A stretch of DNA of 64,000 nt from an uncultured Gammaproteobacteria bacterium (GCA_964628835.1 CAZVME010000006.1:3580-67579); one strand, 5' to 3'. Counted from the first letter of the stretch, positions 9,008-17,940 are shown. Notes: generated from the letters alone by a model not told the origin. Numbers and translations are program-made.

Positions 9008-10411
9008 GTATAGGGAGAGTTATAACTGAATCTGGTGTTTGAGCAGTTGAATAAAAGCGGCGTATCTGGTTGATTTGATGTTACCAGACATTAAAGCAAC
9101 CAACAGAGGATACGCCACTATGAGTAAGAATAACGTTGTCGAATTCAAAGATCGAGACAGGATCACAGATGCATTGACAGAGATGTTGAGAACAGGCGCA
9201 CAGCAATTGATTCACCAGGCTGTACAGATGGAACTGGAAGAACTGTTGGAACACTATGCTGATCGTCTACTACCAAATGGCAAAGTGGCTGTTGTTCGCA
9301 ATGGTCATCTGCCTGAAAGAGAGATCCTGACAGGGATAGGCCCTGTGACAGTACGTATACCCAAGGTCAGATCCAAAACAGGGGAACCCATTACCTTTCG
9401 TTCTGCACTGGTGCCACCCTATGTGAGGAAAACCCGTACACTTGAAGCAGCCTTGCCGTGGCTTTATCTCAAAGGAGTTTCCACTGGTGAGATGGAAGAT
9501 GCCCTGAAGGTCTTGGTTGGTGCAGAGGCACAGGGGCTATCAGCCAGCACCATCTCACGTCTGAAGCAGGAATGGGGTCAGCAGTACCAGCAATGGCGCA
9601 CTACCCCGCTAGACAAAGACCACTGGGTCTACCTCTGGGCAGACGGCATCTATTCTGGCCTACGGACTGAAGACACTAAACTCTGTGCCCTGGTCATCAT
9701 TGGCGTCAATGCATGTGGTGAGAAGCACTTCCTGGCCATTGAGGATGGTATACGGGAATCCACCCAGAGTTGGCGGGAGGTTCTACTCAAGCTCAAAGCG
9801 CGTGGCATGAACACCGCAGAACTTGCTATTGGTGATGGTGCCATGGGTTTTTGGACAGCACTGGAAGAAGTCTATCCCAAGACTAATCATCAGCGCTGCT
9901 GGGTACACAAGACAGCAAATATCCTGAACTACCTGCCCAAGTCCTCTCAGACGAAGGCCAAGCAGGCCATCCACGAGATCTGGCAGGCAGAGACGAAGGA
10001 CAATGCGCACAAGGCATTTGATCTGTTCATACAAACCTATGAAGACAAATACCTAAAGGCTACCCAGTGTCTACAAAAGGATCGAGAAGCGTTACTGGCC
10101 TTTTATGATTTTCCTGCACAGCACTGGCAGAGCATACGCACCAGTAATCCGATTGAATCAACCTTTGCCACAATCTGTCATCGTACCAAGCGCAGCAAAG
10201 GCTGTCTGACCCGTGATGGTATGCTGCATATGATGTTCAAACTAGGTCATTGTGCCCAAGGGAAGTGGAGAAAATTAAGAGGCTTTGATTACCTTGCCAA
10301 GGTGATCAGGGGTGTTCAATTCAAAGATGGAATCGAGGTGCAATCAGATGACCAGATCGCCGCTTGATTTAATTGGACCAAACACCACTTTTGACAATAA
10401 CTCGTATAGGG
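9008..10411 (+). mobile_element. IS256-family insertion sequence; boundaries approximate
   Basis: A single transposase ORF is flanked by imperfect inverted repeats. Both ends contain GAGTTAT-N9-TGGTGTTTG in inverted orientation (about 9009-9041 and 10379-10411). I could not identify target-site duplications. Confidence 0.6.
9075..10367 (+). CDS. IS256/Mutator-family transposase
   Basis: Mutator signature (IGDGAMGFWTALEEVYPKTNHQRCWVHKTANIL) with DDE-type spacing. The true start may be MSKNNVVEF at 9120. Confidence 0.9.
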   Translation: MMLPDIKATNRGYATMSKNNVVEFKDRDRITDALTEMLRTGAQQLIHQAVQMELEELLEHYADRLLPNGKVAVVRNGHLPEREILTGIGPVTVRIPKVRSKTGEPITFRSALVPPYVRKTRTLEAALPWLYLKGVSTGEMEDALKVLVGAEAQGLSASTISRLKQEWGQQYQQWRTTPLDKDHWVYLWADGIYSGLRTEDTKLCALVIIGVNACGEKHFLAIEDGIRESTQSWREVLLKLKARGMNTAELAIGDGAMGFWTALEEVYPKTNHQRCWVHKTANILNYLPKSSQTKAKQAIHEIWQAETKDNAHKAFDLFIQTYEDKYLKATQCLQKDREALLAFYDFPAQHWQSIRTSNPIESTFATICHRTKRSKGCLTRDGMLHMMFKLGHCAQGKWRKLRGFDYLAKVIRGVQFKDGIEVQSDDQIAA

Positions 10412-10660
10412 AACCCAGGGTGATAAATGCAAAGTACCACCTTTGCTTAAAATGGGTACAGGTTTAATTTTACAAAAATGAGGTGGAGTAGGCTCTGCTA
10501 GATTGTGTGGCTACTATACGTATGGCGGTGGGCGTGGATGTGCAAAAAAATACATACAGAACCGAAAGGTTACAAGCTACCATTCTAGAGATCAAATCTA
10601 AAAAGCTTTGATCACAGGCCCTGATAGGCTTTGTTATTCCTACGCGCGGGCTAGGGAAGG

Positions 10661-10860
10661 GAACAATTGGCGCTTTTTTGTATGAGAATGAGCTTGTTCA
10701 CCTGCGGGAGTGGCGACTCGCCACGATGGCCTCGGTAATCAGCCTACCATATTTCTTCGGCGCGGAACGCGCCTCCCACAGGCTAATTGATGGGGGTGGA
10801 TATTTTGGCCCCTGCCAGGGCCTTCTTCATACTACCCGTTTTGCAGGTGGTAGATGATTG
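10661..10860. repeat. Copy A of a ~195-bp dispersed repeat; copy B is at 37259-37453
   Basis: By-eye alignment to 37259-37453 is roughly four matches in five. It includes cacctg(c/t)gggagtggcgac...cggcgcgg(a/g)acgcgcctcccacaggctaattg...ccctgccagggccttcttcatactacc. Confidence 0.7.
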
Positions 10861-11031
10861 AGGGTTGTGAAGGCTGCAAAGGGTGCAATAACCAACGGTA
10901 TTGCACCTTACATCAAATAGAATACGGTATTGTCTAACGGTATAATCTGATTTGATCGGCGCAACACCCTTCGGCTATCGTAGCCCTGTCGGGCCACAAT
11001 AATGTCATTCCTTCAAGATAAGTGGCTAATC

Positions 11032-11547
11032 TTAGAATACCGGAACCAGATGGTAACCCTGCTCTTGATAGCCGATGAGTGAAATAAAGCCATCACCTAC
11101 CAATGTAAGACCGGAATGAATGGTGCTGTTATTAATGCCAAATGCTTTTGTTGCAATAATGCAGATCTCTTGCCTTATACCTAGTGCCGCCAATGCTTCG
11201 ATGTTGGACTCAATATCCAGCAATAGTCCTGCTGCATCCTCTTCTGTTTGAGCTGATGGTTCTGATGTCAGGTACTTTACACTAGGGCCAATGTAAACCA
11301 TGACAAAGTCAGGCGTCACACCCTGGTCTTTCATAGTTTTGTGTGTTCCCTGAATCCCTTGAAGATAGAAATTTAATTTCTTTGCATCTCCAATATCTAC
11401 CAGGAAAACGCTTTTTCCAACTTTCATGTCGGCTATGGCGACGCTATCGTTGATCCCGTTTTGAGATGCATATGCCACAGTATGTAAAAAAATGAGTAGC
11501 AAACAGGAGAGTGATTTAACGATGGAGTGTTTCATATTCTTTCTCAC
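11032..11547 (-). CDS. Exported DsrE/DsrF-like family protein
   Basis: It has a signal peptide. The body resembles DsrE/F-like (COG1416-type) proteins. It is the last gene of the TetR-DsrE-TusA cluster. Confidence 0.45.
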   Translation of the reverse strand: MRKNMKHSIVKSLSCLLLIFLHTVAYASQNGINDSVAIADMKVGKSVFLVDIGDAKKLNFYLQGIQGTHKTMKDQGVTPDFVMVYIGPSVKYLTSEPSAQTEEDAAGLLLDIESNIEALAALGIRQEICIIATKAFGINNSTIHSGLTLVGDGFISLIGYQEQGYHLVPVF

Positions 11548-11551
11548 AAAA

Positions 11552-11986
11552 TTATTGGGTTTGTATTTTCTCTAGGTCGACGAGGGAACAGCTGGTTTTT
11601 CGTGTCGACTTACATTCCTCATCTCCCGGGAACAAATCAAATGAACAGCTTTTATTCTGTAACATTATCCAATCTTCCTTGGAGTAGGCATTATGGGGAA
11701 GGTTTGCAGGGAAGTAGACGCACCCCCCACAGACATCTTTGGTTGCATCATACTTTTTGACATAGTAGGTGAAAGAATTATCTTGTTCGTTAGACGCAAT
11801 AAGTTCGTTCCCTGTACGCTTACACCAGGAGGGGATATCAAGCTGAGTTCCAGGATCTGTAGCAATGATCTGCAGTACATTACCTTCAATTAATTTTTTG
11901 ACTGTTTTGTTTGTCTCCACCATGGGCATTGGGCAACATTTACCGCTGGTGTCTAAGACCTTTGTCACTTCAATTCGGTCATTCAT
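11552..11986 (-). CDS. TusA/SirA-family sulfurtransferase with a Cys-rich C-terminal extension
   Basis: The N-terminal ~75 aa carry the TusA signature (LDTSGKCCPMPMV, CPxP). They are followed by ~65 extra residues with CGGC and further Cys. Confidence 0.65.
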   Translation of the reverse strand: MNDRIEVTKVLDTSGKCCPMPMVETNKTVKKLIEGNVLQIIATDPGTQLDIPSWCKRTGNELIASNEQDNSFTYYVKKYDATKDVCGGCVYFPANLPHNAYSKEDWIMLQNKSCSFDLFPGDEECKSTRKTSCSLVDLEKIQTQ

Positions 11987-11999
11987 GATTTAATTTCCT

Positions 12000-12416
12000 T
12001 TAGAAGTATTGATAGTGATCTGCACTAATCATATGCTCGTTCAGGAACCATGAAGCACCGACAATTCCTTCTGCCTCTGGAATCAGGTTGTCCTTTCTCA
12101 CGTCAAAAATATTGGCTGCCAGGCTACAGGCATAATAGCGAACGTCACCGGTCTCTTTAATAGCCCTGAGCAGAGTATTGATATCATTAGGCAGGCCGGC
12201 ATCGGCTACACGCCCCCGCACCCATGCATCTTTATCTGCGTGGTTACCACCAACTACTATTTGCTTTGCACCCTCTTTGGTCAGCGCCCGTACCGCCCAG
12301 TTTACAAACAGAATTTCAACTTCGGCCCCCTCAGATGCTTCTAAATAGGCAAATGCCAGTGGGGTCAGAATTTTGTCATACTCATCATCACGAATAACAA
12401 TGGCTAGTTTTTTCAT
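12000..12416 (-). CDS. DsrE/DsrF/DrsH-like family protein
   Basis: 138 aa: MKKLAIVI...PLAFA...VEILFVNWAVRAL...YYACSLAANIF. This is the typical DsrE-fold pattern. Confidence 0.55.
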   Translation of the reverse strand: MKKLAIVIRDDEYDKILTPLAFAYLEASEGAEVEILFVNWAVRALTKEGAKQIVVGGNHADKDAWVRGRVADAGLPNDINTLLRAIKETGDVRYYACSLAANIFDVRKDNLIPEAEGIVGASWFLNEHMISADHYQYF

Positions 12417-12426
12417 TTATAACTCC

Positions 12427-12450
12427 AATAGAACGAACGCTCGTTCTATT
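12427..12450. promoter_or_regulatory. Candidate TetR operator upstream of the DsrE-like gene
   Basis: Perfect 10-bp arms AATAGAACGA-acgc-TCGTTCTATT. It shares the core TAGAWCGAACGYTCGTTCTA with the site at 13068-13089. Confidence 0.5.
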
Positions 12451-12467
12451 TTGTAGGTAAAAAAAGA

Positions 12468-13058
12468 CTATGTTGCAACAGCCCTCCATGAACAGATCCA
12501 GATTTCATCCAAATAGCTCGAAAGGGATCGCTTGAGCAAACCATCCATGCTTGAGGTAATCATCCTGATTGCGCCGCCGAACAGGCAGGTGGAGGCAACC
12601 ATCAAATCCATCTTTTGGATTTCGCCTGTGGTCATCCCCTCTTTTACAAACCCTCTCATGATGTCGAAAGGCTTTGATGAGCAGACGGGTTGCTCGTTGG
12701 GAAGGAATTCACGGTGTTTTGAATAGAGCATGAACTCCATAATTTCAGGTTCATGCTGGGTAATATTAAACAGGAGTTCAAACACTGCACGGCAACGGTC
12801 ATGTGCTGTGTGGTGGCTATTTTCGATCTTGGTGAGTTCTGAACTCATGCGCTCAACCATGTCGTTATATAGCGCTCTCGCCACACCCTCTTTATCTTTG
12901 AAGTGATGGTAAATTGAACCGATGCTGACCCCGGATTCACGTGCAATGTCGTGTACTGACGTGTTGAAGTAACCCCGTCCGGTAAATAACGACAGCGTTG
13001 CTGACAAGATCTGCGCCTGAGTATCTCTAGGGGTTTTTTTGTTGGCTACATGGTTCAT
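12468..13058 (-). CDS. TetR/AcrR-family transcriptional regulator
   Basis: N-terminal HTH: ILSATLSLFTGRGYFNTSVHDIARESGVSIGSIYHHFKDKEG. Confidence 0.85.
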   Translation of the reverse strand: MNHVANKKTPRDTQAQILSATLSLFTGRGYFNTSVHDIARESGVSIGSIYHHFKDKEGVARALYNDMVERMSSELTKIENSHHTAHDRCRAVFELLFNITQHEPEIMEFMLYSKHREFLPNEQPVCSSKPFDIMRGFVKEGMTTGEIQKMDLMVASTCLFGGAIRMITSSMDGLLKRSLSSYLDEIWICSWRAVAT

Positions 13059-13067
13059 TGGGTAATA

Positions 13068-13089
13068 CTAGATCGAACGTTCGTTCTAG
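13068..13089. promoter_or_regulatory. Candidate TetR autoregulatory operator
   Basis: Near-perfect 22-bp palindrome ctagatcgaacgttcgttctag, 10 nt upstream of the tetR ATG. Confidence 0.5.
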
Positions 13090-13222
13090 TCAAGAGGGTA
13101 TGCAGGAACCAATCCTTCCACAGTGCCTTTAGTGGCAGGAAGTAAGACGGCTAAGGTTGCATCACGATGATTTACCAAATCCAGGTCTGGCTGGTACTCG
13201 ATAGGCTGAGATCGGTTTGCAG

Positions 13223-14263
13223 CTACCCCACCATCAGGTAGTCGTGGCCACGGCGATATCCCATCCCATGCAGCTGGGTGGCAATGTCGTCACGTGCTCC
13301 ATGGTTTGCAACGTAGCCCAGGACGAATGGGGCGGAGTTCTCTTGAAGCCACTCCGGTGACACCACGGGCACGTTATTGAGTCTGTTGCCAATCTTGTTT
13401 GGGTCGATATCTATCCAGGCCTTTGGGGTCAAACCATGATCCAGCAGATGCTGGCAACGCTTCCTGGTCTTTCTTCCCGCGCCCCAGATGACAAAATTAT
13501 TGCAATGTTTCAATAGCCTAGGCTCCCGGCTAAGATAGGATGCACGCAGGATATCAAATGCCTCACGACTGCAGCGCTCATCCACTCGGGAGGTGCGCTC
13601 CGGGTATTCTCGCCACTCCAGCAGCTCCTCTGGTAGCTTGGTCATCCGTAGCCCGGCATGGTGAATGCGCAGCCACAGATCATAGTCTTCCGGAAACAGG
13701 CCGTTACGGTAACCACTGAGTTGGATAATCGGATCACGCCGGAATATGACGCTGGGGTGTACCAACGGGGACTCGATATAGATCTCGTCTGCAATATCCC
13801 GTGGGGTTATGCAGCTGTTCTGCCAGCGCATGTATTCGCGAAACCCGGCCTGAATGATCTCTGGTGGGAATAGTGTTACGAAGGATCCCAGGACGGTGAT
13901 GTTCGGGTTTTGCTGCATGTAATCATATTGAAGTTGCAGGCGTTGTGGTGACATCCTGTCATCAGCGTCCATGCGTGCGATCAGTTGGGATGCACAGTGC
14001 TCCAGTCCGTAGTTGAGTGCAGGGACCAGGCCGGAGCCGGGGTTGTGCAGGATGTGTATTTTCGGATTGTTGCTAGCGTGTGTTTGTAGTATCGTCACCG
14101 AGGCGTCGTTGGAGTTGTCGTTGATAGCGATTAGCTCGTAGTCGCCAAAGGTCTGGCCCTGGATAGAGTGCAGACACTCTTCTATGGTGGATTCAGCGTT
14201 GCGAAACGGTAGCAGGATCGATATGGCCGGAGCCAGGCGGTCACTCTCCAATGATGCGTTCAT
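13223..14263 (-). CDS. Family 2 glycosyltransferase with an extra C-terminal domain
   Basis: SILLPFRNAESTIEECLHSIQGQTF.DYELIAINDNSND and a DxD-like region. The start is taken at MNASLES. The longer ORF to 14311 overlaps the upstream small gene more heavily. Confidence 0.7.
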   Translation of the reverse strand: MNASLESDRLAPAISILLPFRNAESTIEECLHSIQGQTFGDYELIAINDNSNDASVTILQTHASNNPKIHILHNPGSGLVPALNYGLEHCASQLIARMDADDRMSPQRLQLQYDYMQQNPNITVLGSFVTLFPPEIIQAGFREYMRWQNSCITPRDIADEIYIESPLVHPSVIFRRDPIIQLSGYRNGLFPEDYDLWLRIHHAGLRMTKLPEELLEWREYPERTSRVDERCSREAFDILRASYLSREPRLLKHCNNFVIWGAGRKTRKRCQHLLDHGLTPKAWIDIDPNKIGNRLNNVPVVSPEWLQENSAPFVLGYVANHGARDDIATQLHGMGYRRGHDYLMVG

Positions 14264-14456
14264 CACGGGGGGTGAGTAGCAACTTTTCTGCATTCGACTT
14301 GTTGGTGGCATGGATCATGCGGCAGATCATCTCTGACTCTGCTGGTTCAGTTTTTCGCAGTTCGTTGACTTTGACCTTCGCCTCGCGGTATTTCTCAAAG
14401 GCCTCAACGTGTTCCAGTTTGTTCTCTGGAGAGATTTTATAGACATAATATGGCAT
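14241..14456 (-). CDS. Small hypothetical protein (71 aa)
   Basis: Open frame with a plausible charged-helical composition. No family was recognised. Confidence 0.35.
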   Translation of the reverse strand: MPYYVYKISPENKLEHVEAFEKYREAKVKVNELRKTEPAESEMICRMIHATNKSNAEKLLLTPRDERIIGE

Positions 14457-14584
14457 CTGTTATGAAGTTCCTGCTGTGGTTGGTTTACAGAATGTGGCTG
14501 TTGTGTCCTGATAGTATTGTATCGGCCTATTGTAGCTCGACTCCATGGATTAGTTAAACTGGCGGGTGGTTCTGAACGTTCTAA

Positions 14585-14938
14585 CTATTTTGGTGGCTTG
14601 TTGCAACAGGGTGGTGCTGGTGACTTGGCGTTGGTTCTGGCGTTGTCGTCCAGATACTCGTACCAGTTGCCCCTGACCCGGTGCCACCAGCCTTGGGCAG
14701 GAGGGAAACCGGTATCTTCCAGGGTCTCGGAGATGGCTCCGAAACTGGTAATGGTCGCATTATAGAGAACCCGTAGGCGTTTCCTGTCTAAACAAATTTC
14801 AGTTTGGATAACACCGGGCGCCGTTGCCAGCGCCTTCTCCACTGCCATTGCATCAGCAGGGTGGGATAAGGCGGGTAGTTTAATACCATGGCATGCCTCC
14901 CATGCCGTCTGTGGTTTTATGGATGCCCGGTGTTGCAT
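14585..14938 (-). CDS. HMA-fold-like protein lacking CxxC, with a C-terminal PPCCNKPP tail
   Basis: The ferredoxin-like segment AMAVEKALATAPGVIQTEICLDRKRLRVLY resembles a heavy-metal-associated domain. The start is taken at MQHRAS to avoid overlap with the upstream gene. Confidence 0.4.
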   Translation of the reverse strand: MQHRASIKPQTAWEACHGIKLPALSHPADAMAVEKALATAPGVIQTEICLDRKRLRVLYNATITSFGAISETLEDTGFPPAQGWWHRVRGNWYEYLDDNARTNAKSPAPPCCNKPPK

Positions 14939-14942
14939 TGCT

Positions 14943-15398
14943 CTATAGGGTCCGTAGAAAGTGAATGATTCTCCAGCGGTCATCTTGGGTTATGGCTGTC
15001 TTGAAGGCTGGCATGGCGGTCCTGAACTGCACCCCGCCATCACTGATAGTCCACATCAGGTAGTTGTCACGGGATAGCATGGGCATCCGAGCGAGTCTGG
15101 CAAGATTAGCGGGGCGGGGGGTTAGGGCGCGTGCGGCCACTCCGTCCCCCATTCCGCGTGGGCCGTGGCAACTGGCGCAGTAGGCCTGAAACAGTTGTGC
15201 TCCCCGCTGTTTGTTCTCTGCTGATGGTGGTAGAGGATTGCGCATATTGCTGTAAGGTGTCGGTATGCCTCCGGGACGCATGCCCTGATGATGGCGATAA
15301 GGGCTGTGGTCCATCATCATGCCCATTGCAGTAGCGCCGTCTGGCGCCAGCAGCAGAGGTAGGGTGGAAGCTAAAATAACTCCGGCTGTTCGGTTCAT
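14943..15398 (-). CDS. Monohaem c-type cytochrome with a Met/His-rich N-terminal region
   Basis: Signal peptide, MGMMMDHSPYRHHQGM, and CASCH. Confidence 0.7.
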   Translation of the reverse strand: MNRTAGVILASTLPLLLAPDGATAMGMMMDHSPYRHHQGMRPGGIPTPYSNMRNPLPPSAENKQRGAQLFQAYCASCHGPRGMGDGVAARALTPRPANLARLARMPMLSRDNYLMWTISDGGVQFRTAMPAFKTAITQDDRWRIIHFLRTL

Positions 15399-15411
15399 TA
15401 TCTATACCTCA

Positions 15412-15849
15412 TTATTTGACGGTGATGCTGATTTTCTCCGATAAAAGTGGTGGGTTATGTGGTTCATGCCCTTCATCGGTCAGCAATATCTGGAGTGTGT
15501 GTTGGCCAGTTGGAAGTTCTATCTTTGCCTCTGATTCACCCCTATCGTAGTGAATCACATGCGGATTATATGGAAGTGGCTGCTCCATATCAGGCAGCTT
15601 ATCCATGTCCACCAGCAGGTGGTGATGACCAGCAACATGTTTGCGTTTGGCGCCATCGCCAGCGGTGGTAACGCCAAACCCCTGTATGCCAAATATCACC
15701 GTAAACTGACCGCTGATGCTTGCGCCATCTTTTGGATTTACAAAAAACACCCTGGCACCTTCCGGCGGTGAGTGTGCCGCGGCCGCAGCAGCTGTGAAAA
15801 TCAATACCAGGATCAGGCTGAATAGAGTTGTGGCTTTGGTATCAGGCAT
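15412..15849 (-). CDS. DUF4399-like exported protein
   Basis: GHHHLLVD...GQHTLQILL pattern. The start is taken at MPDTKATT. Confidence 0.5.
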   Translation of the reverse strand: MPDTKATTLFSLILVLIFTAAAAAAHSPPEGARVFFVNPKDGASISGQFTVIFGIQGFGVTTAGDGAKRKHVAGHHHLLVDMDKLPDMEQPLPYNPHVIHYDRGESEAKIELPTGQHTLQILLTDEGHEPHNPPLLSEKISITVK

Positions 15850-15853
15850 ACGG

Positions 15854-16309
15854 TTACCTACTGGTGTAGATGGTTGTTCTACCTGTCTGATCAAAGGTTA
15901 CAACGTCATAGGCGTCTTTTCTCGAGCCCTCCATTCCTGGTGAGCCCATGGGCATACCGGGGACGGCCAGGCCTTTGATTGCCGGTTTCTCCTTTAGCAT
16001 TCTGGCCACCACGTCAGCCGGTACATGTCCTTCGATCACATAACCATCAACCACTGCCGTATGGCAGGATTGCAGACTGGGTGGTACGCCAATCTGCTGT
16101 TTTATGGGCTGCATATTGTGGCTATTGTGCTCTTGAACTCTGAAGCCGTTCGCCTTCATGTGGCTGATCCATTTGCCGCAACAGCCACAGGTGGGGCTTT
16201 TATAGACTACGATGTCGGCAGCTACCGACTGGTTCTGATGTAGCAGGATGGCGCCAATAAAAATGGCTGCCCCAGTTATGATCCAGGAAAATTGTTTGCT
16301 GTGTGTCAT
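15854..16309 (-). CDS. DUF411 / CopG-family copper-binding protein
   Basis: TCGCCGKW (CxCC motif), CHTAVVDGYVIEGHVP and GMPMGSPGME. Confidence 0.7.
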   Translation of the reverse strand: MTHSKQFSWIITGAAIFIGAILLHQNQSVAADIVVYKSPTCGCCGKWISHMKANGFRVQEHNSHNMQPIKQQIGVPPSLQSCHTAVVDGYVIEGHVPADVVARMLKEKPAIKGLAVPGMPMGSPGMEGSRKDAYDVVTFDQTGRTTIYTSR

Positions 16310-16336
16310 CTGCTTCTCTCGTTTGATTAGTGTGAA

Positions 16337-16825
16337 TTAACCCTTGTTGGCGCGTCTTGCTGCCATAGAGTTGCGTTCGCTCCAGGTGTGGTAGATCTGG
16401 TCGGACCAGTGTGACTGCACCCACGCCAGGATGTCGTCGATCTGTTGTGGCTTTAGCTTGGAGCCGAACCCCGGCATGGTGCCACCCAGTGGCACACCTC
16501 CGTTTGTTACCGTCCTGCGCAATATGGACAGTGGGTGATGCCAGGTGTGGGCAGTTCCGTTCAGTGGTGGTGGTGGCAGCTTTCCATTGGCGTCCAGCTT
16601 CTTCCAGTTGCTGGTTCCCGCTGCATCCGGTTTGTGGCATACAGCGCAGTTGGCCTGAAACAGGGTGTTTCCTCTGGTGACCTGGGACTGGCTGTACCAG
16701 CGCTGGCTCTGATCATAGACAGGTGTGGTTGCCAGCTCAGCGGCTGGTTTGCCACTGTCTCCACAACCGGCAAGCAATAGCGTTGCCATAGCGAGCAGAG
16801 TGCCAAGGGTAATAGTATTCTTCAT
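16337..16825 (-). CDS. c-type cytochrome lipoprotein
   Basis: Lipobox LLAGC and CAVCH. Confidence 0.7.
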   Translation of the reverse strand: MKNTITLGTLLAMATLLLAGCGDSGKPAAELATTPVYDQSQRWYSQSQVTRGNTLFQANCAVCHKPDAAGTSNWKKLDANGKLPPPPLNGTAHTWHHPLSILRRTVTNGGVPLGGTMPGFGSKLKPQQIDDILAWVQSHWSDQIYHTWSERNSMAARRANKG

Positions 16826-16965
16826 GTATGCTCCAACGGATGTGTTGTTAGTTCACAACAACACATGGTTGACTCTATCTATTTGGAAAACAGCGTCAGG
16901 CTAAGGCTCCTGCCCTGTATCCGAACGGGTGTGAGACCAGTGGTCTCAGCACTGTTTGGTGGGGT

Positions 16966-17334
16966 TCAGGACCAGGGCGGTCGGATGGGGGGAGATGTAT
17001 TCCAGTGCGGGGGAGTGGTATCAAAAAAACGGCCGTGTGCTATAGCTGGGTGGTCAATGCCGAAGCTGTGGTCCGGTATCAATGCTGGTGCAACACTGCA
17101 GAATGAGCAGGAGTCGGTGCTACAGCTGTTCGAGTCGCAGAGATCTGGCGTATTACAGTTCTGACAGTCAGGAGCCATATTAGACATGTCTGGCATCTGC
17201 TGGGTGTCAGGGGTGTGATTCATCGGCCCCATGTCGCCGGACATTGCCATCTGAAACGGGGCAATAATCAGCAGCAGGGCCAGGATGATATGCAAACTAC
17301 TTTTTGCGGATCTCTGCATGCGCTCAAGTCTCAC
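16966..17334 (-). CDS. Exported Met- and Cys-rich protein; possible metal-binding protein
   Basis: Signal-like N-terminus, MGPMNHTPDTQQMPDMSNM, then CQNC..C..C..C.FC. Confidence 0.35.
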   Translation of the reverse strand: MRLERMQRSAKSSLHIILALLLIIAPFQMAMSGDMGPMNHTPDTQQMPDMSNMAPDCQNCNTPDLCDSNSCSTDSCSFCSVAPALIPDHSFGIDHPAIAHGRFFDTTPPHWNTSPPIRPPWS

Positions 17335-17461
17335 ACGGATGTACCCTCAATAAAAGCCTTAATCTGTTCGTCTCGGATTATACAAAAAAGTTCCATTGCC
17401 CCAAGCTACAGGGATTAGATATGGTCTACCACCCTAGCTCAAACCGGAGTGGGTTATAGGG

Positions 17462-17938
17462 TTAGAGAAACTCCCACTGGTCAAAGCAGGCGGCCTGGCC
17501 GCAGTAAGCGCCCTTCCGGTCCAGAAGATTCCATAGGGTGGAATTCTTGATTCGAAATCGTCTGCCGCTGGCTGATATGCGGATCCCTGAATAGTCTTTG
17601 CAGTAGCCCTGTGCGGCAACCTGTTGCAGTATGTCAGCCCGTTGCTGCCGATTTATGGCTTCGGCTGACTTGCGGGAAGGCAGGCGGGTAAAGTCGTCCC
17701 ATTCAAACTCAAACAGCTCCAGGGCCAGTGCGTTGCCATAGTTGAATATGGGGTCACCCTCTATTCCATGAGATACCACCACGAATGGGGCGGTGAAGGC
17801 ACCGCACGCAGTTTTAATACCGTTGTTGTCTGGGGTGAGCAGTTCTTGTCCGGTCCAGTGGTGATAGCTTTGCAGCATAATTGCCACGTGCTCGTGGTGA
17901 AAGCCATTTGCCGGGCCTGGCATCCCTTGCATCTCCAT
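17462..17938 (-). CDS. MEKHLA-domain protein
   Basis: Recognised by eye from SYHHWTGQEL...PIFNYGNALALELFEFEWDDFTRLPSRKSAE...GIRISASGRRF. Confidence 0.55.
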   Translation of the reverse strand: MEMQGMPGPANGFHHEHVAIMLQSYHHWTGQELLTPDNNGIKTACGAFTAPFVVVSHGIEGDPIFNYGNALALELFEFEWDDFTRLPSRKSAEAINRQQRADILQQVAAQGYCKDYSGIRISASGRRFRIKNSTLWNLLDRKGAYCGQAACFDQWEFL

Positions 17939-17940
17939 GG

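Noticed and set aside
9001-10420. Target-site duplications flanking the IS256-family element
   Set aside because: I could not find matching 8-9-bp direct repeats outside the proposed inverted repeats, so the exact termini stay uncertain.
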